A stretch of DNA of 64,000 bases from Budvicia aquatica DSM 5075 = ATCC 35567 (GTDB lineage Bacteria > Pseudomonadota > Gammaproteobacteria > Enterobacterales > Enterobacteriaceae). A program made the position numbers and the translations under genes. Positions 60,686 to 64,000 of this stretch are shown here, in pieces. The stretch lies in the NCBI RefSeq assembly GCF_000427805.1, contig NZ_ATYS01000017.1, positions 1 to 64,000 of the forward strand, given 5' to 3'. How positions within the stretch are numbered: the stretch's first letter is position 1; the number at the start of each line of letters is the position of its first letter. The notes below the pieces were generated by a model, which saw only the letters and a program-made list of their open reading frames with translations, made no database searches and was not told the origin of the DNA.

Positions 60686-61012
60686 TCAGTTATAGGTGAT
60701 GGTTGCTATACCAAGCTTTCTCGACTTATCCACCCAATTAAAACTCACCATATTTCCATTACCCAACTGTTGTGGCTGTTCAGTCGCTTGATTAATCGGG
60801 ACCTGAGTAACCAGCGGCTGACGATTGTTATGCGAACATGTCAGCGTCACAACGCGATTGTTACTCGAAAAATCACACGGTTCCTCGACCACACGGCCAA
60901 CAAATGTAATCTGCGCGGAGCTTGAAGCCCAAACATTTAGCACTGAGAGTGAAACAATCCCTGTAATAAGTAAGAAAAGCCCTTTAACCGAAGTTTTTAC
61001 TATATCTTTCAT
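60686..61012 (-). CDS. Small secreted protein with fimbrial-subunit-like N-terminal motif (possible pilin remnant)
   Basis: Sec signal. The mature N-terminus SSSAQITFVGRVVEEPCDF resembles the type-1 pilin donor-strand region. Cys pair present. Only ~83 mature residues. Confidence 0.35.
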   Translation of the reverse strand: MKDIVKTSVKGLFLLITGIVSLSVLNVWASSSAQITFVGRVVEEPCDFSSNNRVVTLTCSHNNRQPLVTQVPINQATEQPQQLGNGNMVSFNWVDKSRKLGIATITYN

Positions 61013-61205
61013 ATAAGACCTCTGGCTATATACTTATTAAAGTCAAATTTCCAGCAATAAACTATTCACTCCCTTGGTACTAACGCCCCGAAATTTAATA
61101 TATTGATCCAATATTTCAATATGAATCCGATACCCGATGGCATAGACTTCGAATATCCAACCCATATTTCTATAATATAGTTCGGATTGATAAGGTGATC
61201 CTTCT

Positions 61206-62183
61206 GTGACAAAAACAAATTTAATTACCGGCTTTCTGGGCAGTGGTAAAACAACCACAATCCAACATCTGCTACGCCAAAAACCTGCCGATGAAAACTG
61301 GGCTATTTTAGTCAATGAGTTTGGTGAGGTGGGCATAGATGGCGCATTGCTAGCGAATCAAGGTGCAACCTTAAAAGAAATTCCCGGCGGCTGTATGTGC
61401 TGCGTTAACGGTTTACCTATGCAGGTTGGTTTAAACATGCTGCTCAAGCAGGCTAAGCCAGATCGCCTGTTAATTGAACCGACAGGCTTAGGGCATCCGA
61501 AGCAGATTCTTTCGCTATTAACCTCAGACGTTTATCAACCCCTGCTCGATTTACGTGCGACGCTTTGTCTGGTTGATGCCAGGCAGCTATCAGAACCACG
61601 TTATTACGAAAATGAAAATTTTCGCGATCAGCTCGCCTCAGCTGATATTATCTTGGCCAGTAAAGCCGACACATATTCAGAAAATGACAAAGCCGTATTT
61701 AGCCAATGGCAACAAAATGACGATTTAAAACGCCCATCTTTCTTTATCGAACAAGGCAATGCTCCCGTTGAATTACTCGACAAGCCACGCCTTAATCTGC
61801 AAGAATTACCCGATTCAGCACACCATCATCATCCGAAGAAAAATGGCCTGGCTGCGCTTAGTTTAGCGGGCGATCGGGGCTGGCGCAGGGCATTAAATCA
61901 GGGGCAAGGATATTTTAGCTGTGGCTGGATATTTGACTCGGCCACCTGTTTTTCAACGGCTGCATTACTTGATTGGGTTCGTTTGGCACCGGTGGAGCGT
62001 GTCAAGGGCGTTATGCGCATTGCTGAAGGCACCATAATATTTAACCGCCAAGGGCTAGATTTAAGCATTGAGACTCAGCCCGTTGAACCTGTTGATAGTC
62101 GAGTTGAGCTGATTCACACCAGCGAAGCACCGTGGAACGTACTACAGAGCGAATTATTAAAAGCCCGAACCCCAAAGTCATAA
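61206..62183 (+). CDS. yeiR: COG0523 zinc-associated GTPase (CobW/YeiR/ZigA family)
   Basis: P-loop GFLGSGKTT. CxCC metal motif GGCMCCV. GTG start. Confidence 0.85.
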   Translation: MTKTNLITGFLGSGKTTTIQHLLRQKPADENWAILVNEFGEVGIDGALLANQGATLKEIPGGCMCCVNGLPMQVGLNMLLKQAKPDRLLIEPTGLGHPKQILSLLTSDVYQPLLDLRATLCLVDARQLSEPRYYENENFRDQLASADIILASKADTYSENDKAVFSQWQQNDDLKRPSFFIEQGNAPVELLDKPRLNLQELPDSAHHHHPKKNGLAALSLAGDRGWRRALNQGQGYFSCGWIFDSATCFSTAALLDWVRLAPVERVKGVMRIAEGTIIFNRQGLDLSIETQPVEPVDSRVELIHTSEAPWNVLQSELLKARTPKS

Positions 62184-62235
62184 CTTGTTGTCATGCAAAA
62201 GCAATCTATGATTATGGTGTCAGACTTAAGTTTTA

Positions 62236-62973
62236 ATGTTATTAAATTTATATAAAGGTGTTTTGATGGGCTGCAGTAACTTACCTAAAATCTTACTTTT
62301 GAACCTATTTGGAATTGGGTTATTCCTTTCTTGGTATTTACCTGAAAATCATGGTTTCTGGTTCCAGATTGATTCATCAATTTTTCACTATTTTAATGCC
62401 CATTTAGCCACTAATGCTGCTTTTCTAAAGCTGGTTGCTATCACCAATAATCGAGCCTTTGACGGCGTTTCATTAATGGCGATGGGCTTACTGTTTCTTT
62501 ATTTCTTCTTGAAGCAGGATGCTGCCGGCAAACGTCGGATGATTATTATTGGCGTTGTCATGTTACTGACCGCCGTCCTGATTAATCAGTCAGGCAGGCT
62601 ATTACCCGTTCAACGTCCAAGCCCGACCCTGAGCTTTAGTGATATCAATCGCGTTACCGAGCTGTCAGGAATTCCGACTAAAGACTCATCTAAAGACAGT
62701 TTCCCCGGAGATCACGGCCTGATGCTGATGATATTCGCAGGATTTATGCTGCGTTACTTCACTCGGTGGTCATTTGTCATTGCGGTCGGCTACGTTATTA
62801 TCTTTTCACTACCGCGTATTATGGTCGGTGCACACTGGTTCACTGATATCTATGTCGGTGCTCTTTCAATGGCCTGCGTTGGGCTAAGCTGGTGGTTATT
62901 AACCCCGGCAAGCGACTTCGTCATTAATGGTATCAATAGATTAATTCCGGGATATAAACCCCCATCACGCTAG
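62236..62973 (+). CDS. lpxT: PAP2-family undecaprenyl-pyrophosphate phosphatase / lipid A 1-diphosphate synthase
   Basis: PAP2 motifs (RPSP, SFPGDHG, GAHWFTD). Sits upstream of mepS as in E. coli (yeiU). Confidence 0.75.
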   Translation: MLLNLYKGVLMGCSNLPKILLLNLFGIGLFLSWYLPENHGFWFQIDSSIFHYFNAHLATNAAFLKLVAITNNRAFDGVSLMAMGLLFLYFFLKQDAAGKRRMIIIGVVMLLTAVLINQSGRLLPVQRPSPTLSFSDINRVTELSGIPTKDSSKDSFPGDHGLMLMIFAGFMLRYFTRWSFVIAVGYVIIFSLPRIMVGAHWFTDIYVGALSMACVGLSWWLLTPASDFVINGINRLIPGYKPPSR

Positions 62974-63275
62974 CCTTGTGTATATGACCGGTAGTCATAA
63001 TCACTACCGGTTATATGTCACAAAAAAAGATAAAAAACTCGTTTTGTAACATTTCAAAGCCAGAAAAGTCTCGCAATCAGACTTTCAATACAGTAGTCTT
63101 CCTAGCGTTTGTGTGTACTTACCGCGAATGGAGCATAACAGGAAGACAGGTATTGTCTCGTTTTGCCAGGAATAATTGCCCAATGCCCCTTGATTTTAGG
63201 CGCCTTGAGCGAACCCAGATTAACACCGTGTGTAGCGACTTTTGTCGTTAAGGACTAGAAAGGAATTCCATTAAA

Positions 63276-63854
63276 ATGGTCAAATCTCAACCGATTCTGA
63301 GATATGTTCTACGATTAGCGCCGGCCGTAGCCGCAATCGTAATGCTATCAGGCTGTGGCACATTATCATCTGCAGAAGCTTCAAACTCCAAACATACAGA
63401 GACCAGTGCAGTAAAAGACAGACAAGGGCTTTCACTACAATCGTCTCAAGATGAATTTGAATCAATGGTTAAAAACGTTGATATCAAATCCAAAATTCTT
63501 AACCAGTATGCTGGCTGGAAAGGCGTTCGCTATCGGATGGGCGGCTCGACTAAGAAAGGCGTCGATTGCTCCGGCTTTGTACAGCTGACATTCCGTGAAC
63601 AATTTGGCTTAGTCCTTCCTCGTGATACCTCAAGACAACAGGCTACGGGTAAGCAGATTAAGCGAGAAAAACTTCGCCCGGGAGATTTAGTCCTGTTCCG
63701 CGCGGGTTCAACCGGTCGCCACGTTGGCATTTATATCGGTAATGATAATTTTGTTCATGCGTCTACCAGCAGTGGAGTCATAATTTCCAGCCTTAACGAT
63801 AAATACTGGAACTCACGCTACCATCAGGCTCGCAGAGTCTTAAATAAAAGCTGA
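63276..63854 (+). CDS. mepS: NlpC/P60 peptidoglycan DL-endopeptidase lipoprotein MepS (Spr)
   Basis: Lipobox LSGC. Catalytic DCSGFVQ...H...H triad region matches Spr. Confidence 0.9.
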   Translation: MVKSQPILRYVLRLAPAVAAIVMLSGCGTLSSAEASNSKHTETSAVKDRQGLSLQSSQDEFESMVKNVDIKSKILNQYAGWKGVRYRMGGSTKKGVDCSGFVQLTFREQFGLVLPRDTSRQQATGKQIKREKLRPGDLVLFRAGSTGRHVGIYIGNDNFVHASTSSGVIISSLNDKYWNSRYHQARRVLNKS

Positions 63855-64000
63855 TTAGCATTGAAAAACGCCTGAATAAATTCAGGCGTTTTTGTTTGCG
63901 TTCAATCTGATACCATCTTCAGACAATCCCCCCTGCCGGTACATAACTATCCCCCTGCGCTAACCCGCGCCCTCAAACTAGGTAACCTTCATAACATGAG

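Noticed and set aside
63015-63251. 78-aa ORF upstream of mepS
   Set aside because: It overlaps the expected mepS promoter and leader, has no RBS and is probably non-coding.

Overview
This 64 kb window is a gamma-proteobacterial (Enterobacterales-like) chromosomal segment with about 55 genes. I identify them by recall of strong similarity to well-known E. coli proteins; no search was run.

The housekeeping backbone is: ybjT-like, amiD, yqhD, a ptsG-like PTS permease, yeeX, galE, gnd, yegH, asmA, dcd, mrp (apbC), metG, cirA, lysP, yeiE, yeiH, nfo, a lone fruK, yeiW, an Mtr-like permease, yeiP, yeiR, lpxT and mepS. Two tandem tRNA-Asn genes, each with its own sigma70 promoter and terminator, flank a GGDEF-EAL sensor protein.

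The accessory and unusual parts, in order of interest:
1. An NfeD-like/flotillin (yqiJK-like) pair is followed by a 1649-aa coiled-coil AAA+ ATPase whose stop codon lies 5 nt before a 188-aa rhomboid protease gene. This is my best candidate for an undescribed membrane system.
2. A low-GC, single-HKD PLD-family nuclease lies just downstream of that system.
3. A three-gene envelope lipoprotein cluster includes a protein with a CsgG-like domain.
4. A sigma54-controlled module sits next to tRNA-Asn and is bracketed by about 60-bp direct repeats. It encodes a CyuA/YhaM-like cysteine desulfidase, an M20 carbamoyl-amino-acid amidohydrolase, a Cys-rich small protein, two membrane proteins, an AraC regulator and a sigma54 enhancer-binding protein with a Cys-cluster sensor domain.
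5. A Cnu/YdgT (Hha-family) gene sits beside about 1 kb of AT-rich ORF-free DNA.
6. A FecBCD-like ABC transporter is inserted next to cirA with Fur-box-like sequences.
7. A 0.9-kb leader upstream of ptsG carries four imperfect direct repeats and a CRP site.

No CRISPR array, IS element or integrase was seen. All coordinates and motif calls were read by eye from the sequence.
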